Assembly (NCBI GenBank): GCA_964478315.1
Contig: CAYZID010000003.1
Span: 1 to 60,323, forward strand
From: an uncultured Myxococcales bacterium
GTDB taxonomy: Bacteria; Myxococcota_A; UBA9042; PHBI01; JAAZYN01
Length of the DNA: 60,323 nucleotides
Direction: 5' to 3'
Below the pieces are notes generated by a model. It saw only the letters and a list, made by a program, of their open reading frames with translations, searched no databases and was not told the origin of the DNA. This document shows, piece by piece, positions 19,337 through 27,591 of this stretch (its first letter is position 1; the number at the start of each line of letters is the position of its first letter). The translations under genes were made by a program, and so were the position numbers.

Positions 19337-19648
19337 ATGAAGATCACCTTCACCTTCCGCCACATGGACTCTTCGGACGCGCTCAAGGAGCACACCGCGT
19401 CCAAGCTCGAACGGCTGTCGCGGTTTGAGGACCGCGAGCTCTCCATCGCGGTGACGTTCACGACGGAGAAGTTCCACAAGTCCGTGGAGTTCCAGGTGAC
19501 CAACGCGAGCAGCACGTTCGTCGCCGGCGAGACGCGGGACGACATGTACGAGGCCATCGATCTGGCCATCGACAAGCTGGACCGTCAGCTCAGCCGGGAC
19601 AAGTCCAAGCGCAAGCACCACAAGGGGGCGACGCCCGACGAGGAGTAG
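19337..19648 (+). CDS. hpf: ribosome hibernation promoting factor / sigma-54 modulation protein (short HPF/RaiA type)
   Basis: MKITFTFRHMDSSDALKEHTASKLERL...FHKSVEFQV...DMYEAIDLAIDKLDRQL. It sits in the typical position directly after rpoN. Confidence 0.9.
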   Translation: MKITFTFRHMDSSDALKEHTASKLERLSRFEDRELSIAVTFTTEKFHKSVEFQVTNASSTFVAGETRDDMYEAIDLAIDKLDRQLSRDKSKRKHHKGATPDEE

Positions 19649-19777
19649 CGGTGAGGCGATGGCTGGGTGCCGGCCGCGGGCCGCGCCCGGCCCGCCCATC
19701 CCAGTCCATGCGCTGAGCGACAACCACGCCAGGGGCTTGGCCCCGAGGCGCACACCTCGGGGCGAGGCCGGAGGGTC

Positions 19778-20053
19778 ATGGCGAGCGCCGAACAGACACT
19801 GACCATCGTGAACGACAAGGGGCTCCACGTCCGCGCGGCGACCATCTTGGCGCAGACCGCGGCGCGCTTTCAGTCCCGGGTGACGGTGGAGCGAGACGGG
19901 GAGAAGGCCAACGGCAAGAGCGTCATGAACCTCCTGCTGCTCACGGCCTCCAAGGGGACGCAGGTGCGCGTGGTGGCCGAGGGGCCGGACGCCGCGGAAG
20001 CTCTGGAGGCCATCTCGGAGGTCGTGGCGAGGGGGTTCTACGAGCGCGGATGA
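19778..20053 (+). CDS. ptsH: HPr-family phosphocarrier protein (HPr/NPr)
   Basis: 91 aa. The His15-type site GLHVRAA and the Ser46-type site GKSVMNLL are both present. Its stop overlaps the ptsI start (ATGA). Confidence 0.85.
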   Translation: MASAEQTLTIVNDKGLHVRAATILAQTAARFQSRVTVERDGEKANGKSVMNLLLLTASKGTQVRVVAEGPDAAEALEAISEVVARGFYERG

Positions 20054-21852
20054 ATGACGGGTCGGCCCAGCTTGGAACGGTGCTCCGCGGTGTGGGGGTG
20101 TCACCCGGCATCGTCCTCGGCTACGCGTCTTTTCTGTCCCAGGCCGAGGTTCACTTCGAACGTCTCCACGTGGAGCTCGACCGGGTGGAGGCGGAGGTCG
20201 CCCGACTCGAAGCGGCGGTCATCCAGGCTGAGCGCGACATCGACGCCCTCGATGAGCTCCTGCGGGCGGAGCGAGGGAGCGGGGGGGAGTATCTGGGCGT
20301 CTTGGAGGCCCACAAGCTCATGCTCCGAGACCCCATGCTCCTGGACCAGGCCCGGGCGCTCATCACGGACGAGCTCCGCAACGCCGAGTGGGCGGTGCAC
20401 CACGCCACGAAGGAGATCTCCGCCATCTTCAGCGGCATGGACGACGCGTTCTTCCGCGAGCGCGCCGACGACATCCACCACGTCGGGCAGCTCCTGCTGC
20501 GCACCCTCACCGGGGAGCACGCCGAGCGCACCCCCAGCATCGTGGGTCCCGGGGCCGTCATCGTGGCGGCGACGCTCTCGCCCGCGGACGCCCTGGCCCT
20601 CGCCCGGCAGCGCATCGGGGCCTTCGTCCTGGACCAAGGGACGGCCACGAGCCACACGGCCATCATCGCCCACTCCCTGGGCATCCCGGCGGTGGTGGGC
20701 TTGCTCACGGCCTCCGAGCGCATCGCCGACGGCGACCGCATCATCGTGGACGGCTTCGACGGAGAGGTCGTCATCCACCCCTCCGCGGAGGAGGAGAACC
20801 TCTACGCCCAGCGCGCACGCCGACGGCGGGCCCTGCGGGGTGCCCTGCGGGCCAACCGCGACCTCCCCGCGGTGACCCTGGACGGGGTCCGCGTGCGCTT
20901 GCGGGGAAACCTGGACATCGTGGAGGGGATGGACCTCCTCACGGCCCACGGCGCCGAGGGCGTGGGGCTGTTCCGCACGGAGTTCCTCTTCCTGGACCGG
21001 CCCTCGCTGCCCAGCGAGGACGAGCAGTACGAGGTCTACACGCGGGTGCTCCGCGAGGCCGCGCCGCACCCGGTGACCATCCGCACGCTGGACGTGGGGG
21101 GCGACAAGCTCCTCCCCATGCAGCGCACGGGCAGCCGCGCCGGCGCGGGCCTGCGGGCCATTCGCTACTGCCTCCAAGAGAGAGAGCTGTTCCACACGCA
21201 GCTCCGCGCTCTGTGCCGTGCCTCGGCCCACGGCACGCTGCGCCTGCTGGTCCCCTTCATCAGCTCCATGCACGAGGTGCGGCAGGTCCAGCGCATGACC
21301 GCCGCCATCCGGCGAGAGCTCCAGGCCGAGGGCGTCCCCGTGGCCCCCGACGTCCCCATGGGCTTCATGATCGAGGTCCCCGCCGCCGTCCTCATCGCCG
21401 ACCAGCTCGCGCAAGAGGCGGCGTTTTTCAGCGTGGGCACGAACGACCTCATCCAGTTCACCCTCGCCATCTCCCGCGAAGAGCGCTCCCTGGACTACCT
21501 GTACCACCCGCTCCACCCGGCGATGATCCGCATCCTCCAGATGGCCACGCGCGCGGCCCGGGCCGCCAAGATCCCCGTGGGGATCTGTGGAGAGATGGCG
21601 GGAGATCCCCGCTTCACCCTCGTGCTCCTGGCCCTGGGCTTCGACGAGCTGAGCATGAGCGCCAGCTCCATCCCGCTGGTCAAGGAGATCCTGCGCAACA
21701 GTCGGCGGTCGGACGCCCTGTCGCTGCTCCAGGAGATCTCCCAGATGTCCTCGGTGGCGGAGATCACCGACACCGTGGACTCCTACATGGCCGAACACTT
21801 CCCTCGCATCTGTGCCCCACGCATGGGTGGCGCCCCGAAGTTCCGCCGCTGA
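20050..21852 (+). CDS. ptsI: phosphoenolpyruvate-protein phosphotransferase (PTS enzyme I, no N-terminal GAF domain)
   Basis: Phospho-His motif GTATSHTAIIAHSLGIPAVVG. PEP-utilising C-terminal domain motifs are present (GLFRTEFLF, SVGTNDLIQ, CGEMAGDP). Confidence 0.9.
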   Translation: MNDGSAQLGTVLRGVGVSPGIVLGYASFLSQAEVHFERLHVELDRVEAEVARLEAAVIQAERDIDALDELLRAERGSGGEYLGVLEAHKLMLRDPMLLDQARALITDELRNAEWAVHHATKEISAIFSGMDDAFFRERADDIHHVGQLLLRTLTGEHAERTPSIVGPGAVIVAATLSPADALALARQRIGAFVLDQGTATSHTAIIAHSLGIPAVVGLLTASERIADGDRIIVDGFDGEVVIHPSAEEENLYAQRARRRRALRGALRANRDLPAVTLDGVRVRLRGNLDIVEGMDLLTAHGAEGVGLFRTEFLFLDRPSLPSEDEQYEVYTRVLREAAPHPVTIRTLDVGGDKLLPMQRTGSRAGAGLRAIRYCLQERELFHTQLRALCRASAHGTLRLLVPFISSMHEVRQVQRMTAAIRRELQAEGVPVAPDVPMGFMIEVPAAVLIADQLAQEAAFFSVGTNDLIQFTLAISREERSLDYLYHPLHPAMIRILQMATRAARAAKIPVGICGEMAGDPRFTLVLLALGFDELSMSASSIPLVKEILRNSRRSDALSLLQEISQMSSVAEITDTVDSYMAEHFPRICAPRMGGAPKFRR

Positions 21853-21870
21853 CCTTCCTCGCCGCACCGC

Positions 21871-23424
21871 GTGGCCCGGCCCGCCAGACCCCATGACGCA
21901 CGACCCACACCGAGCGGACGCCCTCCCGTGACCGGCAGGACCGTGGCGCTGGTCGCCGGCCCCGCCGCGGGCCTGACGGCTTTCCTGTTCGCAACCTACG
22001 GCGGCCTCCCGCCGACCGCCCAGGATCCCACCGTCTTCACCGCGGGTGGTCTCAAGGTCGCCGGTGTCGCCGCCTGGATGGCCATCTGGTGGGTGAGCGA
22101 GGCGTTGCCCCTGGGCGCCACGTCGCTCCTGCCCCTGGCGCTCTTCCCGCTGCTGGGCGTGGCCTCCGCCAAGGCCACGGCGGCCCCCTACATGTCGCCC
22201 TTCATCGTCCTGCTCATGGCGGGGTTCATGGCCGCCCTGAGCCTGGAGCGATGGGACCTACACCGCCGCATGGCGCTGCGCGTCCTCCTGGCCGTGGGGA
22301 CCTCGCCGCGGCGCCTGGTGCTGGGGACGATGGTCGCGGCGGCCGGGGCGTCCATGTGGATCTCCAACACGGCCACGACGCTCATGATGCTGCCGCTGGT
22401 CATGGCCCTCGCCCACCGCGCCCGCGCCCGTGCAGACGACGACCCTGAGGCTTTGGCCGCCGCCCACCGCTTCGCCATGACCCTGGCCCTGGGCCTCGCC
22501 TATGCGGCCAGCGTGGGCGGCCTGGGCACGCCCATCGGCACGCCCCCGAACCTCATCTTCCTGGGCGCCTACCGCGCCTCCTTCCCCGACCGAGATCCCA
22601 TCTCGTTTCTGGACTTCATGCGCTTCGGGGTGCCGCTCGTCGCTGTCTTCGTCCCCATCATCTGGTGGCTCCTGGTGAGTCGCGTGGGGCGTCTGCCGCG
22701 GTCCATGTCCCTGGGCGGGCGGGAGCTCATCCGCGAAGAGCTCGCCAAGCTGGGTCCCTTCCACCGCGACCAGCTCACCGTGGCGGTGGTCTTCGCCGGC
22801 ATGGCCGCCCTGTGGGTCACCCGCCGCTTCGTGACGGGCAGCGGTGAGGCGGTGGGGTGGGCCCCCGCCTTGGGGCTCACGGGCCTCGTGGACGACAGCA
22901 CGGTGGCCGTCTTGGGCGCCGTGCTGCTGTTCGCGCTTCCGTCCAAGACCCAGCCCGGGGTGCGCCTGCTGGACTGGGAGACGGCGCGGAAGATCCCCTG
23001 GGGGGTGGTCCTCCTCTTCGGCGGCGGCATCACCCTGGCCCACGGGTTCCAGGCGAGCGGCCTCAGCGCCACCATCGCCGCGCAGCTCACGGGCCTCCAC
23101 GACGCGCCCCCGGCCCTCCTCGTGGGGACCATCGCCCTCGCTGTGACCTTCCTCACGGAGGTCACCTCCAACACCGCCACGGCCACGATCCTCATGCCGG
23201 TGTTGGCCGCGTTCGCGGTGGGAGCCGACCTCAACCCCATGTGGGTCATGCTGCCGGCAGCCTTCAGCGCCTCCTGCGCCTTCATGCTCCCCGTGGCCAC
23301 GGCGCCCAACGCCATCGTCTACGGGACGGGGGAGATCCCCATCCGCTCCATGGCGCGCACGGGCCTCGTCATCAACCTCCTGGGCGCCGCGCTCATCACG
23401 GCGTGGACCCTCTTGGTCGTGTAG
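21871..23424 (+). CDS. DASS/SLC13 family divalent-anion:sodium symporter
   Basis: Polytopic membrane protein with the duplicated motifs SNTATTLMMLPL and SNTATATILMPV. Start is GTG 21871 or GTG 21928. Confidence 0.8.
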   Translation: MARPARPHDARPTPSGRPPVTGRTVALVAGPAAGLTAFLFATYGGLPPTAQDPTVFTAGGLKVAGVAAWMAIWWVSEALPLGATSLLPLALFPLLGVASAKATAAPYMSPFIVLLMAGFMAALSLERWDLHRRMALRVLLAVGTSPRRLVLGTMVAAAGASMWISNTATTLMMLPLVMALAHRARARADDDPEALAAAHRFAMTLALGLAYAASVGGLGTPIGTPPNLIFLGAYRASFPDRDPISFLDFMRFGVPLVAVFVPIIWWLLVSRVGRLPRSMSLGGRELIREELAKLGPFHRDQLTVAVVFAGMAALWVTRRFVTGSGEAVGWAPALGLTGLVDDSTVAVLGAVLLFALPSKTQPGVRLLDWETARKIPWGVVLLFGGGITLAHGFQASGLSATIAAQLTGLHDAPPALLVGTIALAVTFLTEVTSNTATATILMPVLAAFAVGADLNPMWVMLPAAFSASCAFMLPVATAPNAIVYGTGEIPIRSMARTGLVINLLGAALITAWTLLVV

Positions 23425-23477
23425 CCAGGCCCGCCGCCGCGCACCGGTCGCGGTGCGCTCCCGTTCGCCGGAGTCGG

Positions 23478-24197
23478 CTACAGGGAGAGCTTGGCCATGA
23501 CCGGGAGGTGGTCGCTGCCCATCATGGGAAGGGGCGCCGCGGGGGCGATGATCTTCACCTCCGACGACACGTAGATGTGGTCGATGGCGCGGGTGGGGTT
23601 GTCGGCCGGGTAGGTGGGGAAGGGGTCGTCCCCCGCGGCGTTCACCAGGGCCTGCTGGAGCGGCTCCAGCGTGGGGTCGCCCACCTCGGCGTTGAGATCC
23701 CCCAGGACCAGGATGGGGGACGCCTGGGTCTGCGCGTGCCGCAGCAAGGCCGGCACCTGCACACCGCGGTCGACCTCGTTGACGGAGAGGTGCGTCACGA
23801 GCACGCTCACGGGCCCCTTGGGGCTGACGACGGTGCCCGACAGGATGCAGCGCTGCTCGTCCTTGCGCTTGGGCAGGCGGTGGCGGGTCCAGGGGCCCAG
23901 CGGGAAGCGGCTCAGCAGGGCCACACCGAAGCCAGGGCGCTCGTCCGAGGTGGGCGCGGGGACCAGCTCGGGGGGGTCGGTCCCGGGCCGCACGGTGAGC
24001 GCGGAGGCGAAGCGGTGGTGGGGCAGCTTGCTCAGGCGCGACAGCTTGAGGATCTGGTTGCCCCCCTCGCCGCGGAACCAGTCGTTGCCTACTTCCTGCA
24101 GCGCGACGACGTCAGCTTCGCCCACGATGGCCGCGATCGTCTCCAGATCGCTGTCTAGCCCCAGGCGAATGTTGTACGTCATGACCGAGAATTCCAT
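23478..24197 (-). CDS. endonuclease/exonuclease/phosphatase (EEP) family protein
   Basis: MEFSVMTYNIRLG...VVALQEV...SDHLPVMAKLSL. GGAGG lies upstream of ATG 24197. Confidence 0.8.
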   Translation of the reverse strand: MEFSVMTYNIRLGLDSDLETIAAIVGEADVVALQEVGNDWFRGEGGNQILKLSRLSKLPHHRFASALTVRPGTDPPELVPAPTSDERPGFGVALLSRFPLGPWTRHRLPKRKDEQRCILSGTVVSPKGPVSVLVTHLSVNEVDRGVQVPALLRHAQTQASPILVLGDLNAEVGDPTLEPLQQALVNAAGDDPFPTYPADNPTRAIDHIYVSSEVKIIAPAAPLPMMGSDHLPVMAKLSL

Positions 24198-24310
24198 CGG
24201 ACCTCCGCGGCGCGGCCGACCTCCGCGGTCGGCTGCGGCCCAAAGTGAATACCCTGCCGCGTTCGTTTCCACAACCACACGGGTCGCTCGACGACGCTCA
24301 CGCGGGTCAC

Positions 24311-26011
24311 TCAGCGGCGTTCGACGCCCGACATGCGCCCGCCCAACGCTACGACGAAGACCGCCCCGTGGGGCGCCTCGGGGTTGTCCTCGGCGCGCAA
24401 GGTGCCGCCGTGCTCCGTGATGATCTGCGCCGCCAGGGCGAGCCCGAGCCCCGTCCCGTGGGCCTTGCCGGTCACGAAGGGCTCGAACAGGCGATCGCGG
24501 AGCGCCGGGTCCAGCCCGGGCCCGTTGTCCGCCACGCGCAACTCCACGCCCCCTTGGGGTGCTGGGCGCAAGCGCACGGTGAGCACACGGGGCCGCTCCA
24601 CCTCCTCCAAGGCCTCCACGGCGTTCCGCGCGAGGTTCAGCACCACCTGCCGCAACTGGTCCGGATCGGCCTCGATGGGCGCCGGGCCCCCGTCCTCGTG
24701 GGAGGCCACACCGTCGAGACGCAGCTCCACGTCCGCCCGGGCGAGCTCGCCGGCCAGGAACGCGCAGGTCTGCTTCACGAGGGCCCCCACGTCCACCTCC
24801 GTGGGTGACGGCTTGGGCATGCGGGCGAACTGCAGGTACTCCTCGGTGATGGCCTTGAGGCGCGCCACCTCGTCCGAGATGGACCCGAGGAGCGCCCGCG
24901 CCTCCTCCGTGTCGCCGTCTTCAAGGGTCTCCTCCAGGAGCTCGGCGTTGAGGCCGATGGACGCCAGGGGGTTGCGCACCTCGTGGGTGATCTGCGCCGC
25001 GAGCCGCCCGATGGTCGCGAGCCGGTCCGCGCGCAGCAGCTCCTCGCGCTGGCGCGCCAGGGTCTGGTCCCGCTCGCGCAGGGCGTCCGCCATGCGGTTG
25101 AACTCCGCGGCGAGCTGGCCGATCTCGTCGTCGGAGCGCACGCGCACGTGTTCGTCGTAGTTCCCCGCTGCCACGCGCCGAGCCCCCTCCCGCAGCCGCC
25201 GGATGGGCGCCAGCGTGAGCTGGCTCATGACAAGCATGAGCAGCGACAGCACGAGCGCCCCCGTGGCGATGATGATGACGGCCAAGGTCGCCGCCTTCTC
25301 GTCGGCCGCGGCGCGGTCGTTGAGGCGGCGGAGCGGCAAGGCGAGGCCGCGCTGCGCGTTGACCACCGCGCGGTTGATGCGGCGCAAGGCCCGCACCACG
25401 GCCCGCACCTCGGGCGCGTGGGCTTGGAGCTTCCCCTCGTTCGCCGCGCGCACCACGCGGCGGGTGAGCTGGTCGAACAACGCCGCGGCGCGATCCTGTC
25501 CCTCGCCGGGAGCCCCCACGGCGTCCTGCTCCAACCCGCTGAGCCCCTCGGAGGACACCGCCCGCGCCAGCTCATCGCCCCGCCGGAAGGCCTCCAGGGA
25601 GGTGACGACGCCCATCACGGCGGCGCGATCCTCGGCCGCGAGCTGGCCGCCCCGGGCCAAGGCTCGGAGGCGCTCCTCCACCGCTCGGAGCCGCTCGAAG
25701 GGCTTGATCGTCGGCAGCAGCCGCTGGAGCCACGCCGCGTCGCTGGGGCGCTTGAGGGCCAGGAACTCCTCGGGCGCCCGCAGCCGCCGGGAGACCTGCC
25801 GCAGCTCGCTCTGCGCCGGTACGACCTCCCGCAGCACCACGGTCACCGACGCTCGCGAGACGCTCATGCGGTGAATGGCGTACGCGAAGGCCGAGCCAAA
25901 GGCCGCGATGACGACGGCGAAGCCGAGGAAGATCTTCGTGGAAACGGACAACCGCACGGTCGCGCCTGGGCCGGCGACCGCGCCTACTCCGCCACCTCGG
26001 CGGGTCTCCAC
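24311..26011 (-). CDS. membrane sensor histidine kinase with HAMP domain
   Basis: H-box ITHEVRNPLASI, N-box LNLARNAVEA, G-boxes DNGPGL and GTGLGLA, and HAMP (LAPIRRLREGARRVAAGNYD). GTG 26011 overlaps the gcvPB 3' end by 28 nt. GTG 25957 (VRLSVSTKIF...) is an alternative start. Confidence 0.8.
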   Translation of the reverse strand: METRRGGGVGAVAGPGATVRLSVSTKIFLGFAVVIAAFGSAFAYAIHRMSVSRASVTVVLREVVPAQSELRQVSRRLRAPEEFLALKRPSDAAWLQRLLPTIKPFERLRAVEERLRALARGGQLAAEDRAAVMGVVTSLEAFRRGDELARAVSSEGLSGLEQDAVGAPGEGQDRAAALFDQLTRRVVRAANEGKLQAHAPEVRAVVRALRRINRAVVNAQRGLALPLRRLNDRAAADEKAATLAVIIIATGALVLSLLMLVMSQLTLAPIRRLREGARRVAAGNYDEHVRVRSDDEIGQLAAEFNRMADALRERDQTLARQREELLRADRLATIGRLAAQITHEVRNPLASIGLNAELLEETLEDGDTEEARALLGSISDEVARLKAITEEYLQFARMPKPSPTEVDVGALVKQTCAFLAGELARADVELRLDGVASHEDGGPAPIEADPDQLRQVVLNLARNAVEALEEVERPRVLTVRLRPAPQGGVELRVADNGPGLDPALRDRLFEPFVTGKAHGTGLGLALAAQIITEHGGTLRAEDNPEAPHGAVFVVALGGRMSGVERR

Positions 26012-27474
26012 CGGAGTTTCGGGTGACGCACCGCGCGTGTCTCGTCCAGCCGCCCCACGAGCGCCTTGGTGGGCGCCGCCTTGAGGCGCTCGGGCGCCTC
26101 GCGCGCCTCGCGGTCCACGTCCAGCATGGCGTCCACGAAGGCGTCCAGCTCGCGGAGGCTCTCGGACTCGGTAGGCTCGATCATGATGGCGTTGTGCACG
26201 CAGATGGGGAAGTACACCGTGGGCGGGTGGAACCCTCGATCGATGAGCCCCTTGGCGATGTCCTTGGTCTCCACCCCGGTGTCCCGGCGCTGGTTGCGAT
26301 CGGTGAGCACGACCTCGTGCATGCAGGTCCGATCCTGCACGACGTGATAGGTATCCTGGAGACGCACGCGCAGGTAGTTCGCGTTCAGTACGGCCATGTC
26401 CGTGGAGAGCTTGAGCCCCGCCGCGCCCAGCTCGCGGATGTAGGCGTAGGCGCGCGCCAGCACGCTGAAGTTGCCGTGGAAGGCCTTGACGCGGCCCATG
26501 GACCGGGGCCGGTCGTGGTCCAGGCGGAACCCGCCGTCTTCGTCGCGGACCACGCGCGGCACGGGCAGCAGCGGAGCGAGCTCCTCCGTCGTGCCCACCG
26601 GGCCCGCGCCCGGCCCACCGCCACCGTGGGGCGTGGAGAAGGTCTTGTGGAGGTTGAAGTGCATGGCGTCCACGCCCATGTCCCCCGGCCGCGCGCGCCC
26701 CATGAGCGCGTTGAGGTTGGCCCCGTCCAGGTACACGAAGCCGCCTTTGGCGTGGACGATCTCGGCGATCTCGGTGATGTGGGTTTCGAACACCCCCAGC
26801 GTGTTCGGGTTCGTAATCATGATGCCCGCCACGCTCTCGTCCATGGCGGCGGCGACGACCTCGGGCCGCAGCACGCCGTCCTCAGAGGACGCCAAGGACA
26901 CGGCCTTGTAGCCGTTGAGCGCGCTGCTGGCAGGGTTGGTCCCGTGGGCCGTGTCGGGCACGAGGATCTTCTTGCGGGGATCTCCGTCGCGCTCCAGCAG
27001 CCGCCGGCGGAACAGCGCGAGCCCCGTGAACTCCCCGTGCGCGCCCGCGGCGGGCGCCAGCGTCACGGCGTGGAAGCCCGCGATCTCCGCGAGGTACCGC
27101 TCCAGGTTCCACATGAGCTCCAGGGCGCCCTGGGTCCACGCCGTGGGGGACAAGGGGTGCAGGTCGGCGAAGCCCGGCAGCCGGGCCACGTCCTCGTTCA
27201 CCTTGGGGTTGTACTTCATCGTGCAGGAACCCAGCGGGAACATCCCCGTGTCCACGCTGTAGTTCTGCTGGCTCAGGCGGACGAAGTGCCGCACGGCCTC
27301 GGGCTCGCTTACCTCGGGCCAGGTGAGCGCCGTCCTGCGCTGGAAGGCCTCGGGGATGGCGATCTCCCCCTGCACCTGAGCTGAGGCGGGGAGCGAGTCG
27401 CCGCGCCGCCCTGGGGCGGTGAGGTCGAAGATGACGGGCTCACGGAGGCCCAAGTTCTGCGCGGCGCGCGCCAT
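25984..27474 (-). CDS. gcvPB: glycine dehydrogenase (aminomethyl-transferring) subunit 2
   Basis: Full-length similarity to GcvPB (MARAAQNLGLREPVIFDL..., HFNLHKTFSTPHGGGGPG with the PLP-Lys context). Trimmed to ATG 27474. Confidence 0.9.
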   Translation of the reverse strand: MARAAQNLGLREPVIFDLTAPGRRGDSLPASAQVQGEIAIPEAFQRRTALTWPEVSEPEAVRHFVRLSQQNYSVDTGMFPLGSCTMKYNPKVNEDVARLPGFADLHPLSPTAWTQGALELMWNLERYLAEIAGFHAVTLAPAAGAHGEFTGLALFRRRLLERDGDPRKKILVPDTAHGTNPASSALNGYKAVSLASSEDGVLRPEVVAAAMDESVAGIMITNPNTLGVFETHITEIAEIVHAKGGFVYLDGANLNALMGRARPGDMGVDAMHFNLHKTFSTPHGGGGPGAGPVGTTEELAPLLPVPRVVRDEDGGFRLDHDRPRSMGRVKAFHGNFSVLARAYAYIRELGAAGLKLSTDMAVLNANYLRVRLQDTYHVVQDRTCMHEVVLTDRNQRRDTGVETKDIAKGLIDRGFHPPTVYFPICVHNAIMIEPTESESLRELDAFVDAMLDVDREAREAPERLKAAPTKALVGRLDETRAVRHPKLRWRPAEVAE

Positions 27475-27505
27475 GTCGTTTCTCCTCGGCTGGCTCCCAA
27501 ACGAC

Positions 27506-27534
27506 GACGCCCGCGGCACATCGCCACGGGCGTC
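27506..27534 (-). terminator. 12-bp GC-rich hairpin between the PPIase gene and gcvPB (weak terminator or attenuator)
   Basis: The minus strand reads GACGCCCGTGGC-gatgt-GCCGCGGGCGTC followed by GTCGTTTGGG. The U-tract is short, so function is uncertain. Confidence 0.35.
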
Positions 27535-27591
27535 GAACCCCTCACGCGGGCGCGGAGTGGGCCCCAGGACCGGGACCCACCCACGCCTGAG

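Noticed and set aside
27475-27591. Possible glycine riboswitch in the gcvPB leader.
   Set aside because: The spacer is only 117 nt. I cannot find the conserved tandem-aptamer elements (GGAGAG...CACCG...GGGGCAA type cores). Only one GC hairpin is present. A cmscan run would be decisive.
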